The notes under the pieces: generated by a model | Database searches by the model: none | What the model was told of the DNA's origin: nothing | What the model saw: the letters and a program-made list of their open reading frames with translations, nothing else | Position numbers and translations under genes: made by a program | Assembly: GCF_964204865.1 (NCBI RefSeq) | Contig: NC_135250.1 | Location: forward strand, 23,436,001 to 23,500,000 | Direction: 5' to 3' | Length of the DNA stretch: 64,000 nucleotides | DNA from: Styela clava | Lineage: Eukaryota | Shown here: positions 1-11,539 of the stretch, in pieces | Layout of the letters: the number at the start of each line of letters is the position of its first letter | Numbering within the stretch: position 1 is the stretch's first letter

Positions 1-496
1 AAAAGTCAGTGAAATGGCATTTAATGGGACGGGTGTACTGCTTGTGGTTGAATTGTGAGAGCCGCAGGCATTTACCTTTCAACATTTGCTCGAGATCTAT
101 ATTTCGTCTAGATTACAACCATGGTAAAGAAGCCTGCTTCACATAAATACGAAGTCGCAAAGGGGATGAGATGGCGCAACAATTTTTAACCAAGAAATGA
201 TAATTTTTATCCGAAGAAATCCAAAGACTACTTGCGAATCTTCTTTTTATAATTTCTTGTTCAAATAAAAAAATGTTCAATCACAAAACAGGTACAATTC
301 CACAAAACAAAGAAGAGTTTTGCGACGCACCAACAAAATGTGCTTGTGCGTCGCCCACTTTAAGAACCACGGTATTTGCATTAAAAAGTTTGTTAAAAAT
401 AATCAAATAATTCTGTTGGTATCCTTATTAAAAAAGCAGGCCACCAGACCTTTATCTAGAAAAATAACGTGAAAAAGAGAAAAGAAAAAAACTAAC

Positions 497-607
497 CTCT
501 CTTCTAATTTTGATTTAACTTCTCGCCTCGCTTTTCGTCGACCAGCAGGATCTCTGATTGCCTCTTTATTAACAACTTGTTTGTCAATGGGAACGTCAAC
601 GGAATAT
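497..607 (-). CDS. RPL27: RPL27 third coding exon
   Basis: 111 nt with AG/GT boundaries; encodes [14 protein letters not shown]...[14 protein letters not shown]. Confidence 0.95.
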
Positions 608-3600
608 CTATGGTAGACATAGAAAATATTCGATATAGAAGTGTTTCCTACACCATGGAAATTGGTTGAACACCTACGAGTCCAGGTTGGAAATGGGGAT
701 ATTTAACCCAACCGGGGCTGAATTGCACTCAAGAGAGAAATTTTGCCGTTTCAAGGTAGAATTTTGCTCTGTATTGAGGTAATATTACAAATATTTTTTA
801 CTATAACTACAACACATATTCATGAACACACAATCAACTACTTAAACTATACAAAACGAAGGTGTGACTCGTGCCTATAACACTAACATTGAATAAAAAA
901 AATAGTTTACATGCATAGTGAGGGAAGAATAAATAATTCTCAATGGGGCAAAGAAGGAATTGAACAAAAAAAATTGGGAACAACTGCATTAACCAGTTGA
1001 TAGTTCCAGATGCATGGATGTGCCACTGCCAAACCATTGATCCATCAATATAGTTACTAAATTTGAACATACACATATCATGCTCAAATACCGGTACCGG
1101 TAGTTTTATGTTTTCTATTTTGAGACACCTGGAGCTACGTTTGCTGCAAATAAGACTCAGGATAAACAGACATTAGAATGTAGAACACTCGTTTTAGGAT
1201 TATTTCCATCTCTATTCTGTCAAACTTGAACATAAGAAAACCATGAAGATAACTTCATAATAAAATTTTACTGCTATGAAATTACAAATATCGTTTCGAG
1301 ACAGGGCGAGTAACTACAGTAAATATATATCTATATGTACAAGAATGGTGCGCAGATTTTTAGAATAATTCAACGCGCCTAGTATAGTATCTTCAAAATG
1401 TCCATATTATTATTATTAAATGGCCACCTATAGTATCTATTTAAATTAAACGATCTTTTTCAATGTAAAAAAGATTACTAACATTCTATGATATGGTATA
1501 ATTCTGTTATTTTTCCAACACTAATTTTCCACTATTTGTACAATAATTCTAGTATAATCTGATTTGAGTTTAGTAAGATAAACTGAGAAAGTGGAACAGT
1601 AACTCGACCAAACACATCACAATGTAACCCAGTGTTTATTATACTATTTGTTGACATGAAATCACTGCATGCCATTTGGTTATATCCTTGGGTCACGAAA
1701 TATCACAAAAATTATTTTTTGAAATATTTGAGCCACTTGATAAACAGAAGCAAAGAAAACAAATAGTGTTGAAATAATATTATAGTGCAGTCAATAAGAA
1801 TGTTGATACTTATCATTGCAATAAAAAACGTTTATACATTGAATGAATTTGTTTGAATTCTTATGAAAGCAAGACCACACCATACCTTGTTGGCATCAAG
1901 TGATTGTAATTGATGACTTTCACAAAGCTCTTCACTTTAGATCGCTTTTTTACTTTTTTCTTTGACATAGGTTTTGTTACTTTGCGAGGGTATCTGTCGA
2001 TTCCAGCTACGAGAGCATGTCCATATGTACGGTCACTTGTGCCATCGTCTTGATTCTAAACATGAAAACATTAATTTAAAGCAGGAAAACACATTAAACA
2101 TGATACGATATCTCAATTCTTTAATTGTCTTTCCTGTCACAGTAGAAATGACGTTCCTTTTCATTTGGGTCTTGTGTAGTTTCGTACCTCAAGTGGGCGT
2201 AGCAAAACGATTTTTGCACATGTCAATCCTAATCCCCACCTGACTACACCACCCAACAATGACGTCATAGATCTTGTCAAAGTACACCTACGATCGCCCG
2301 AAATGGCATCAACGCCAACGATTTTGGAATCGCCGTGACGAGAAAAACTGCTTGCTCGATTTGGGTGATCGTCTGCGCGTCTTGGCTGACAGTTTGTAGT
2401 TTGGAGGGTCTTCTTACGTCACTGTGATGAAATTTTTGGATTGCGTAGTCAGGGGAGGGTTGTGATTGACATATGCTGACATGCAAACATTGTTATGCTA
2501 CGACCAATTAGAAGTACTGGAGGTACGAAACTACATTAGACCCCACACATTTGCACACTAGCATCTTACAAACCCTTTTTCACTGTCCATTCATACCATA
2601 GACTAGTGCAATATAGTATTAGATTTATTCTTATTATGGTTGAAACACCCAATGACAATGTAGCGTTTTCCCTGCTTGAACGGGTCTTTAGATGGGCATT
2701 CCAAACAGCCTGAAACATAATACTACTGGAATCTGGTATAGTTTAGAATCACAAGTACTTCCGAATACAGTACGGCACACTATCCCGAATCCGGATTTGC
2801 GTCTACATTCCGGAAGAGCCAAAATATGAATAGGCGTCTGTGAAACCGGGGGCGTCGAGTCGTCTGCGAGCTCGATGCGTGAGAGCGTCAGATGTCTGGA
2901 TATGACGTCAAAGAAAGTCACGCACAGATCGACAGTTCGGCACGGCTCTCGAATTTTGCTAATTTGATTTTCGTTTTTTACCGATGTATACTGACCTATA
3001 TGGTTAGATATACGATGTATTTCTGAATCATTATATTCAGTCTACTGTTGGTAGTGCCTAATTAAAATAATGTCGCGTAAATGCAAACGTCTGTGAATAA
3101 AATAATTACTTTTAAATAATATCAAGAGATTATAAAATTATGCGTTTCGAGTAATACGTCTACGAGTCCAACTAATTTTATTATAAGTGTTTGTGACTAC
3201 ATGACATTGTTTGAATTGTCGTATAACGAAGTCAAAAAGATGCACGATATCGAAGTTTTTTTTTCAATAGTTAAATTAATATCGATAGTGAAACTTTGTA
3301 TGCCCGTTAATACATGTAATTACAACAATTTAACATAGCATCTTCGGTTATTTAGAACTGAAACTTCCAGAACGCACAACGATTACGAATTACGATATCA
3401 TTTAATAATTATATTCGAGATTTTTATTTAAATTTGAGCGTCAACAATCCATAGTAAAATAAAAGCCTCGATGATTAATTGGATTAAACTATTTTGCCAA
3501 TTTGATTCTTGTTTTTCACAGACTACGCAAGTTGATCATTTGCGGCATACGAATGCATCAATGCGGCATTATATTAATTTGATTCTTGTTTTTCACCTAT

Positions 3601-5326
3601 CTATTCTTGCATAAATCACGCAAATTAACATTTGCAGTATATGATTGCCTCGACGTGGCATTGAATTAAAATATTCTCGTATTCCGTATACTTCGAAGTT
3701 AAACATTCGCGACATATGAATGTATCGATGCCGCATTATATTAGTTTGAATCTTGTTTTTCATCGATCTATACTAGTATAAATTACGCAAATTGAACAAT
3801 TGCTGCATATGAATACATCGATGCGGCATGATATTACATTATTTTGCTAATTTGATTCTTGTTTCTTGCCGATCTATTATTGTGTAAATTACGCAAGTTG
3901 ATCATTTGCGGCATATGAATTAAATTATTTTCGTATAAATTAACATTTGTGGCATATGAATGCCTCGATGTGGCATTGAATTAAATTATTCTCGTATACC
4001 GTAGCTTTCGAAGTTAAACATTTGCGGCATATGAATGTATCGATGGGACATTATATTATTTTGAATCTTGTTTTTTACCGATTTCTACTAGTATAAATTA
4101 TGCAAACTGAACATTTGCGGCATTTGAATACATCGATGTGGCATTATATTAAGTTATTTTGCTAATTTGATTCTCGTTTTTCGCCGATCTATTCTTGTAT
4201 AAATTACGCAAGTTGCACATTTTGCGGCATATGAATGTCTGGTTGCGGCATTAGATTAAATTATTGCTTTATGAACTAATTTATCTAATGCTATATCGAG
4301 GCATTAATTTTACTGTTTATCGATTGTGTGTTATCAAAATGTAATTTTTATTATCTCTGATCCATTTATTATCGTTAACACGCCATCCTATCTACATTGA
4401 AAATGAGAGAAACACGGCACGCCAAGGTTTACGTCGAGGAACGGTCGATGCGTGCCTGCGTGCGTCGATTGAAATTCAGTGACGTCACACGCCGTCAATC
4501 GTTTTTTTGCTCATTTCTCTCGAACGCACCGGTAAAATTTTTTTTACATCGGTAGATCTGATTGTTTTTTCACGAGGAATTCAATGGTGATGGTTTTAGA
4601 TTGCGCTTTTTGTTAGTTTACTGCGCAGCTTCAATTTATCGATATCGGGAGACAAAATCCGCCAGACGTCCATCGAAGGAGGGGTATTCGATCACCGTTA
4701 AAATAGGTTTCTCTAAAGCGAGAGAATGTCTCTCGATCTGTAAAGTGTGCCGTACTGAAATACTATTTTACTAACGAATTTTGCGTAAGTCATTTCTAAT
4801 CCCTATCTGACTCCATCATCCAAAAATTACATCACTACAACGTACGGACGTAACAATCATGTCATAGAACTTGACTAAGTTTATCTACAATCGCCCGAAA
4901 TGGCATCTGCGCCTTACTAACGCCAGCGATCTCCCTCATATCCGGATCGCTACGGCAAGAAATATAGCTTGCTCGTAATCGTCTGCGCGCTTTTGATGAA
5001 CATCAATATACTTTAGGAGGGCCTTATTACGCCACTACAATGATTTTTGGTGACGCAGTCAGGTTGGGGTTACAGGGTTAGAAATGACATATGCAAAAAC
5101 TGCTAAGCCAGGCCAACTAGAAGTACTTCAGGTACGAAACTATACGGTACCAGACCAGACCAGACCATTGGGGCAAATTAGTTCTATGACTCACAAAGTT
5201 GTATGCAGAAACTTGAATAATACAATTATAAGTTGGGATAAATACCTTTACAATGATGGCTTTTCTGCCAGCGTACCTCCCTTGAAGGACAATCACCACC
5301 TTGTTGGGTTTCATAAACTTCCCCAT
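497..5326 (-). CDS. RPL27: 60S ribosomal protein L27 (eL27), spliced, 3'-partial (last exon left of window)
   Basis: Coding exons 5326-5246, 2055-1886 and 607-497 join in frame via GT-AG introns to give [27 protein letters not shown]|[57 protein letters not shown]|[37 protein letters not shown], which closely matches eL27. Confidence 0.97.
1886..2055 (-). CDS. RPL27: RPL27 second coding exon
   Basis: 170 nt with AG/GT boundaries; encodes NQDDGTSDR...[15 protein letters not shown]...NYNHLMPT. Confidence 0.95.
2167..2546. mobile_element. MITE (~380 bp), TIR GGGTCT..TGTAGTTTCGTACCTC, in RPL27 intron
   Basis: gggtcttgtgtagtttcgtacctc at 2167 is the inverted complement of gaggtacgaaactacattagaccc at ~2520-2543. 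A related copy lies at ~4790-5155. Confidence 0.7.
2768..4757. mobile_element. Non-autonomous TIR element (~2 kb; TIR CAGTACGGCACACT) nested in a second copy of the MITE above
   Basis: cagtacggcacact (2768-2781) / agtgtgccgtactg (4744-4757); flanks gaata/aaata. The host MITE left end is at ~2732-2762 and its remainder at ~4790-5155. A similar end (tgtgccgtactg) occurs at ~12304-12315. Confidence 0.55.
3470..4300. repeat. Degenerate tandem repeat array (~60-110 bp units) inside the 2-kb TIR element
   Basis: Recurring blocks acatttgcggcatatgaat...tcgatgcggcatt, aatttgattcttgttttt and taaattacgcaa. Confidence 0.85.
5246..5326 (-). CDS. RPL27: RPL27 first coding exon
   Basis: ATG at 5326, acceptor CAG at 5338-5336, donor GT at 5245-5244; 27 codons [27 protein letters not shown]. 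Confidence 0.95.
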
Positions 5327-5543
5327 CTTTGACGCCTGTTTAAAATACAATATTTTTAAAACATCAACATGCTGGCTTTTTAGTCATATTTCTAGGAATA
5401 TTCTTTCAAAAGCATTGGATATTGTACCGATAAAGCATAATTCTAGATCCAATCCATATTCTGAACCAACATAATTGATTGAAGCAATGGCCAGTTGGCC
5501 GATTTAATCGGGTAAAAAAACTTGATAATTAACGCATACAAAC

Positions 5544-5612
5544 CTACAGACGGGACCGTGAAAAGGCAGGCAAATCGTCCTGTTCAGGTTTTGTTGACAT
5601 ACGGCGCCATCC
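5544..5612 (-). promoter_or_regulatory. RPL27 TCT/5'TOP start, short non-coding exon 1 (~5566-5544) and upstream YY1-like site
   Basis: The minus strand reads CCTTTTCACGGTCCCGTCTGTAG|GTTTGT: a pyrimidine start tract typical of ribosomal protein genes followed by a donor. ATGGCGCC at ~5603-5610 (minus) resembles the YY1 core. Confidence 0.65.
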
Positions 5613-5825
5613 AGTGAATGGATAAGTTACCTTTTCCAAGCGCAAGGTGAAGCAGATGTTCATGAATATAAATTTGCCATATGGTCAAATGTTTTTTTCT
5701 GACCATCAACCAGTTTCATCTGGCAATAATTGGACACATTAGTGGACATAACGATCGTTTTAATATTATGTTGTTGTTATTGTTATTCGTCATCATTATC
5801 ATTAAAATATCGCTTTTCTGGCGCG

Positions 5826-6165
5826 GCGGTGTGGCTCAACGGGCTAAGCGTAAGGAATACGCTCGCCACCGCACCTCTAATTACTCTGCGTGGATTCGCA
5901 GGTTCGAATCCCACGCAGGGATGGTTATGTGCGAGAGGATTACTGGACTCCCTGCCGTCGTTGGGTGGTTCACGTAACCGCTGGTCGGTTACGGCTTCCT
6001 CCACCACCAAGTCCATGCTTCCGAAAAAACAAACAATATAACTAATCCCATACCCGATCCCATACCCGGAATGGTAACCGGACGAGAGGCCGTGGTTCGC
6101 CATATGGATAAACCGTCTTATTGGCTTTCCTCTCTCCCGGGATAAATATGTAAATCCTATCCTAT
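5826..6165 (+). mobile_element. tRNA-derived SINE, full length
   Basis: Pol III A box TGGCTCAACGG, B box GGTTCGAATCC, ~240-nt body and (ATCCT)n tail; several homologous copies in the window. Confidence 0.85.
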
Positions 6166-6235
6166 ACTGGACCAATTGCATTGAAATTTTCAGTGGTTTA
6201 AGATGGAATTTTTCTCCAGAAGACTATTACTTTTG

Positions 6236-6572
6236 GGATAGGATAGGATTTACATATTTATCCCGGGGGAGAGGAAAACCGATAAGACGACTAAATCATA
6301 TGGCGAACCACGGCCTCTCGTCCGGTTACCAGTCCATGTCGGATATGGAATTAGTTAGCCAGTTGTTTGTTTTCGGAAGCATGAACTTGATGGTGGAGTA
6401 AGGCGTAACCGTCCAGCGGTTACGTGAACCACCCTACGGCGGCGAGGAGTCCAGCAATCCTCTCGCACATTATCATCCCCGCATGGGATTCGAACCTGCG
6501 ATCCCACGAAGGGTAATCAGGGGTGCGGCGACGAGCGTATTCCCAACGCTTAGCACGATGCGCCACACCGCC
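6236..6572 (-). mobile_element. tRNA-derived SINE, full length, inverted relative to the 5826 copy
   Basis: The reverse complement matches the 5826-6165 copy along its whole length (ggattcgaacc B box, ggataggatagg tail). Confidence 0.85.
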
Positions 6573-6699
6573 GTCAAACTTTTTGTGAATCCTATGAGAT
6601 TTGCTATTTTCATCAAAAATTTCGCTATTTATTAATTATTTTATTTATTATTCACGACTTTTGCTAGTATCCTGTTTGACTTTTATCTCACTTTGATTT

Positions 6700-6867
6700 A
6701 ATTTTTAGACTCACTCCCCCAGGATGACGCTGCTCGATAACCTCTACTGGTTTATCGCGCCTCCCTTCACACTGAAAGTATTGTTTTATATGGGATTCGT
6801 AGTTATTTTTGTCTATTGTGTACTTTTGGTATGTGATAAAATAAACCACTGACTGACTGACTGACTA
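6700..6867 (+). mobile_element. 3' end fragment of a CR1-group LINE, (GACT)n tail
   Basis: Stem-loop like that at 21826, a T-rich stretch, then AATAAA and actgactgactgactgact. Confidence 0.55.
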
Positions 6868-6954
6868 TTATCATTTAATCATGGGAACACGATTTTTATT
6901 CTGGAAATTCTGGAAATTCTTGCTCAAAAACTCAAAGATTTTTAAGGTTATCGG

Positions 6955-7172
6955 TGTTATATATTATGTTGAGCTTACTATCATAGCTTGTTTACTACTC
7001 TATCTGCTTGTGTGCTATATTGTTACGTCACAATGCTGTCTAGTGCCGTAAGTTGTTTTTCCTCTGTTTAGAGGTCTTTTGTTCTGAACTAAGTTGACGG
7101 ACGGATGTCCAAATAAATAGCGTGCAGTTTTGTAATGAGTCTGTATTCATTACTTGTTATAAAGATATAACA
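6955..7172 (+). repeat. 5' LTR
   Basis: TGTTATAT...ATATAACA; direct repeat of 11760-11977. Confidence 0.95.
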
Positions 7173-7175
7173 AAT

Positions 7176-7188
7176 TGGCGACGAGGAT
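7176..7188 (+). promoter_or_regulatory. Primer-binding site complementary to the tRNA-Ser(GCU) 3' end
   Basis: TGGCGACGAGGAT is the reverse complement of ...ATCCTCGTCG-CCA and lies 3 nt after the 5' LTR. Confidence 0.75.
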
Positions 7189-7465
7189 TAAAAAGCCTTT
7201 TTGTGCCGTTTTGTAGCCATTTCTTGGGGAAGGAAGGAAGAAAAATATATCGAAGTTACAGCTTAATTTCGAGGGTAGATAAGAGAACAGTCGCTGGACT
7301 GCGACGGAGTTAGAACTGAATATTGCAGCATAATCAGTGACTTTGGATATTCATAGTGAACAGCATTCACTGGACTGGGAACCCAAGGCCTGTTATTATA
7401 TTGAATTAAACGGCAGTAAATTATTTGAGCATCGTTGAAGCACGATTGCAACTGTTAACAGAATA

Positions 7466-10400
7466 ATGACGTCAGCATCATTGGAAGTTGCGCAATTCAA
7501 CATTAATCGCCCAGACGAATGGCAACAATGGCTGCGACGATTTGAAAACATGTGCCTCGCCATGTCGGTTGACAACGCAGAGAGAAAGAAGGCGTTATTA
7601 TTACATTTTGCGGGACCTGAAGTTTTTGACCTGCATGAGAATTTGCCCGCACCGCCGAATGCAGATGAAAATGATAATGTTTATGCCAACACCGTTAAGA
7701 AATTGGATAATTATTTCGTGCCAAAGATAAACATTGATTTTGAATGTGATGTTTTCAGGAATGCAAAACAGAAATTTGGCGAAAATATTGATACTTATGT
7801 GGCACGTTTGCGTAAATTAGCTGTTACCTGTGATTTTACGGATGCTGATCGTGAAATAAAACAGCAGGTTATTTCTGGTGGATGTGATTCTAGAGTTAGG
7901 GAAAAAGCTCTACAGCAGCGTATGTCTCTTCGAGAACTTCTGGATTATGCAAAAAGTCTAGAACAAGCAAAGCAACAAACAAAACAAATTGAACAACGTC
8001 ACACGAGACCAGAGAAATTATATGAAATTGATGTGCAGCGTGAAAAGAATTCCGATAGCAAATTCAAGCCTAGAGCACCACAGCTTTCTTCGGCTAGAGG
8101 GGGTAAGTCTCTTAGATGTTTTCGTTGCGATAGTTCTAAGCACTTTGCCCATGAATGTCCATTTAAAGATGCCAAGTGTTTTAGTTGTGGTAAAAAGGGC
8201 CATACCAAGAGTGTGTGTCGATTCAAGAAATCAAGTCAGTATAGACACGGCCAGAGAAGTAAACAATGTAATTCTCAATGTTGTATCGCTGATGATAAGA
8301 ATACGCCGGGCGAAAGTGAAACGAATGAAAACTCTGGTTCATCATACGAATTACATCATACAGTGTCGTCCGTGCAAAATAACAATGTGGGTGTGAAATG
8401 CAATCCAATCTATCTTGATCTTGACATCGATGGCAAAAACATTTCTTGGGAAGTAGATACAGGGGCTACACTATCTGTCATGTCTTTAGTGCAATATAAA
8501 AAGTTGTGGCCAAAAGCAGAATTGAACCACACCGATGTTAAACTGTCTACATACACGGGGGAGTCTATTCCAGTAGAGGGAGAAAGGGATGTTACTGTAA
8601 CGTATCAAAATGGTAACCCAATGGTATTGCCAATCACTGTGGTAAGAAATAGTAACCGCTGTAAACCATTGCTGGGGAGAAATTGGTTGAAACATATCAA
8701 ACTTGATTGGAATTCAATTTTCAAAATTAACTATTCTGATGTTAAAATCAGTACACTGCTTGATAAGTATCCTGAATTGTCTTCACCTGGATTAGGTTGT
8801 GCAAAAACTGAAGCTAAATTGGAGATTGATGACAGCGTTAAGCCTAAATTTTATAAACCACGACCTGTACCTCTTGCACTCAAAGAATTGGTCGAAGCTG
8901 AACTTGATAGACAAGTTGAAATCGGTGTTTTGAAGCCATGTAAAACATCCGATTGGGCTGCACCTATGGTTACCGTATTAAAAGCTGATCAGAAGTCAGT
9001 TCGGCTCTGTGGAAGTTATGACTTGACTGTAAATAAAGCAAGTCGTCTCGAGCAGTATCCATTGCCAAAGGTGGATGAATTATTGACTAAATTTGCTGGT
9101 GGGGAAAAGTTCTCTGTTATTGATCTGAAAGAGGCATATCTGCAGATACCATTGGCAGAAGAGAGTCAAAAGTACACAGTAGTTAATACACATAAGGGAT
9201 TATTCACGACAAATCGTCTTGTTTATGGAATATCAAGTGCCCCAGCTATATTCCAGAGATATCTTGAAACACTGCTGGGTGACATAGCAGGTGTAGGTGT
9301 TTTCCAAGACGATATTGGAGTAACCGGTTCTTCTGATAAAGAACACATAGCCAGATTGGAAGAAGTTTTCAAGCGTCTTACAAATGAAGGTCTAAAAATT
9401 AATCCAAACAAATGTAAATGGATGGTTTCGGAAATTACTTATCTTGGATATCGTATAAATAAACTTGGAGTTCAACCAACTGAAGATAATCTGGGAGCTG
9501 TTCTGGATGCCCCAGAACCACAAAATATACATCAGTTGCGCTCATATCTGGGGATGCTTAATTATTATGGTAAATTCATTAAAAATTTATCAACTGTTGC
9601 TGCTCCTTTGTATGAACTTCTTCGTTCGAATGTTCGATGGCACTGGAATAAAAGGCAAGTGGAAGCTTTTAAGAAAACGAAATCGCTATTGTGTAATGCT
9701 CCATGCCTTGCTCATTTTGACGGAAATGCCGCCGTCATTGTTTCTGCAGATGCCAGTCCTTATGGAATCGGAGCAGTTTTATCTGTAATAACGCAGGAAG
9801 GAGAACGTCCTGTGGCTTTTGCATCCAGATCTTTGTCAAAACCAGAGCGTAATTATAGCCAATTGGATAGAGAGGGATTAGCTCTAGTATTCGCTGTTAC
9901 AAAGTTCCATTCATTTTTATATGGAAGACCGTTTGTTTTGGAAACTGATCACAAGCCACTTCTCGGTTTACTTGGGAAGAATAAGCCACTTCCTGATGCA
10001 GCTCCACCGAGAATGATCCGTTGGAAAGTATTACTTGATGGATATCAATACGAATTAGTGTATGTTCCAGGTAAAAACCAAGCCAATAGCGATGCACTAA
10101 GTCGTTTGCCTTTGCCTGTTAAACCGGATTATATACCGCCTTGTGGTGATGTAGTGAATCTTCTTGAAGCAGTCGATTCTACCCTTGTTAAAGTTGATGC
10201 AATTCAGTCTTGGACGAGAAGAGATCCTGTACTGTCCGCAGTTATGCATCATACTCAAATGGACTGGCCAAAATCTTCTGACATAGACCCAGAATTACAA
10301 ATTTATAGAAGCAAAGAGACGGAACTAAGTGTCCATGAAAATTGTTTATTTTGGGGTTGTCGAGTAATTATTCCGCCACAAGGAAGACAGAAAGTGTTGC

Positions 10401-11026
10401 AATTACTTCACGATGGTCATCCTGGTATTTGTTCTATGAAAAGAATTGCTCGTAATCATGTATGGTGGCCTGGGGTGGATGCTGATATTGAAGAGTTGGT
10501 GAAATCTTGCAGTTTGTGTCAACAGTTACGTCCCAGTGCACCTCAAGTTCCTGCTAGCCCATGGTCTTATCCTAATGGTCCATGGCAAAGAATACATATG
10601 GACTATGCCGGTCCAGTTGATGGGAAAATGCTTCTTGTCATTGTTGATGCGTTTAGCAAATGGCCAGATGTGTGGATTACATCGTCAGTTTCTGCTCATG
10701 AAACTATTGAAAAAGTCAGACTTTCATTTGCTACACATGGATTACCACTAGTTGTAGTCACTGACAACGCTGGTTGTTTTGCAGGAGACGAATTTGCAAC
10801 ATTTCTAAAGGCAAATGGAGTGAAGCACTTGTTTTCACCACCGAGACATCCGGCTTCTAATGGCCAAGCTGAATCAATGGTAAAACAAGTTAAACTTGGA
10901 TTGAAGAAACAAGCACCAGCATCTTTGTCAGTCAGACTTGTTCGGTGGTTATTTAAATACCGAACTACACCACATACAACTACTGGTCAGACTCCGTCGG
11001 AATTACTTTTTCGTCGTAAGATTTGA
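7466..11026 (+). CDS. Gag-Pol polyprotein (gag, 2 CCHC knuckles, aspartic protease, RT, RNase H, integrase), prematurely terminated
   Basis: CFRCDSSKHFAHEC and CFSCGKKGHTKSVC; VDTGA; RT IDLKEAYLQ...FQDD; RNase H DASPYGIGAVL...TDHKPL; integrase HDGH...CSLC and D-D-E. Domain order PR-RT-RH-IN. Confidence 0.95.
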   Translation: MTSASLEVAQFNINRPDEWQQWLRRFENMCLAMSVDNAERKKALLLHFAGPEVFDLHENLPAPPNADENDNVYANTVKKLDNYFVPKINIDFECDVFRNAKQKFGENIDTYVARLRKLAVTCDFTDADREIKQQVISGGCDSRVREKALQQRMSLRELLDYAKSLEQAKQQTKQIEQRHTRPEKLYEIDVQREKNSDSKFKPRAPQLSSARGGKSLRCFRCDSSKHFAHECPFKDAKCFSCGKKGHTKSVCRFKKSSQYRHGQRSKQCNSQCCIADDKNTPGESETNENSGSSYELHHTVSSVQNNNVGVKCNPIYLDLDIDGKNISWEVDTGATLSVMSLVQYKKLWPKAELNHTDVKLSTYTGESIPVEGERDVTVTYQNGNPMVLPITVVRNSNRCKPLLGRNWLKHIKLDWNSIFKINYSDVKISTLLDKYPELSSPGLGCAKTEAKLEIDDSVKPKFYKPRPVPLALKELVEAELDRQVEIGVLKPCKTSDWAAPMVTVLKADQKSVRLCGSYDLTVNKASRLEQYPLPKVDELLTKFAGGEKFSVIDLKEAYLQIPLAEESQKYTVVNTHKGLFTTNRLVYGISSAPAIFQRYLETLLGDIAGVGVFQDDIGVTGSSDKEHIARLEEVFKRLTNEGLKINPNKCKWMVSEITYLGYRINKLGVQPTEDNLGAVLDAPEPQNIHQLRSYLGMLNYYGKFIKNLSTVAAPLYELLRSNVRWHWNKRQVEAFKKTKSLLCNAPCLAHFDGNAAVIVSADASPYGIGAVLSVITQEGERPVAFASRSLSKPERNYSQLDREGLALVFAVTKFHSFLYGRPFVLETDHKPLLGLLGKNKPLPDAAPPRMIRWKVLLDGYQYELVYVPGKNQANSDALSRLPLPVKPDYIPPCGDVVNLLEAVDSTLVKVDAIQSWTRRDPVLSAVMHHTQMDWPKSSDIDPELQIYRSKETELSVHENCLFWGCRVIIPPQGRQKVLQLLHDGHPGICSMKRIARNHVWWPGVDADIEELVKSCSLCQQLRPSAPQVPASPWSYPNGPWQRIHMDYAGPVDGKMLLVIVDAFSKWPDVWITSSVSAHETIEKVRLSFATHGLPLVVVTDNAGCFAGDEFATFLKANGVKHLFSPPRHPASNGQAESMVKQVKLGLKKQAPASLSVRLVRWLFKYRTTPHTTTGQTPSELLFRRKI

Positions 11027-11539
11027 ACGCATCTTGATCTAATCGCACCTTCATCACGTTTGAAGAAGTCAGCAGAGAATGTTCCAAGTGGAATAATAAG
11101 AACTTTTCACATTGATGACCCAGTTTTTATTACAGAAGTCGTTGGATCTCGTTTCAAATGGTTACCTGCCACAGTAACTGAAGTTATGGGTCAAATGTGT
11201 CGTGTTCGTTTGAACGATGGAAGAATTTTTAGACGTCATCTTGATCATATTCGACATCGATTTTCTGCTGATGATGTAATGGTACGTGAAGGGAATCAAG
11301 ATTTTAGAATGAGTGAGAGAATACCAGCTGCAATTCCAACAGGAATACCTGATGTTGATGTGGGAGATAGAAATTCAACTCCTACCTCTACTGCTATTGA
11401 AGAGACTGATGAATCTCAAAATGACAGAGACAATGTGGACCCAGTTCCTAATTTTCCAGAATCGTCCAGTAATTCAAACATACCTTATAAAACAAGATCT
11501 GGCAGAATATCAAAACCGCCAGAAAAACTATCTCTATAA
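11027..11539 (+). pseudogene. In-frame continuation of pol (integrase C-terminus) beyond a TGA
   Basis: Same frame as 7466; ELLFRRKI*THLDLIAP...FHIDDPV...KWLPATV...RRHLDHIR is typical of a Gypsy integrase C-terminal region. Confidence 0.8.

Noticed and set aside
608-1885. Sense-strand intronic snoRNA in RPL27
   Set aside because: ACA-ending segments exist (~641, ~1108 on the minus strand), but I found no H box between hairpins and no convincing C/D box pair with a terminal stem.
3470-4300. CRISPR-like repeat array
   Set aside because: The units are degenerate tandem repeats without unique spacers, they lie inside a transposon in a spliced eukaryotic gene, and there are no cas genes.
5826-5920. 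tRNA gene
   Set aside because: A and B boxes are present but there is no proper cloverleaf or anticodon arm; the sequence continues into a repeated body and tail, so it is a SINE head.
5681-6181. Overlapping ORFs of 98-132 aa
   Set aside because: They lie within the GC-richer SINE and have no recognisable protein motifs.
11024-11539. Programmed read-through or env-like third ORF in the Gypsy element
   Set aside because: The downstream peptide is the normal integrase C-terminus with no signal or transmembrane segment. The stop sits at a usually Arg position (CGA>TGA) and lacks a typical read-through context.
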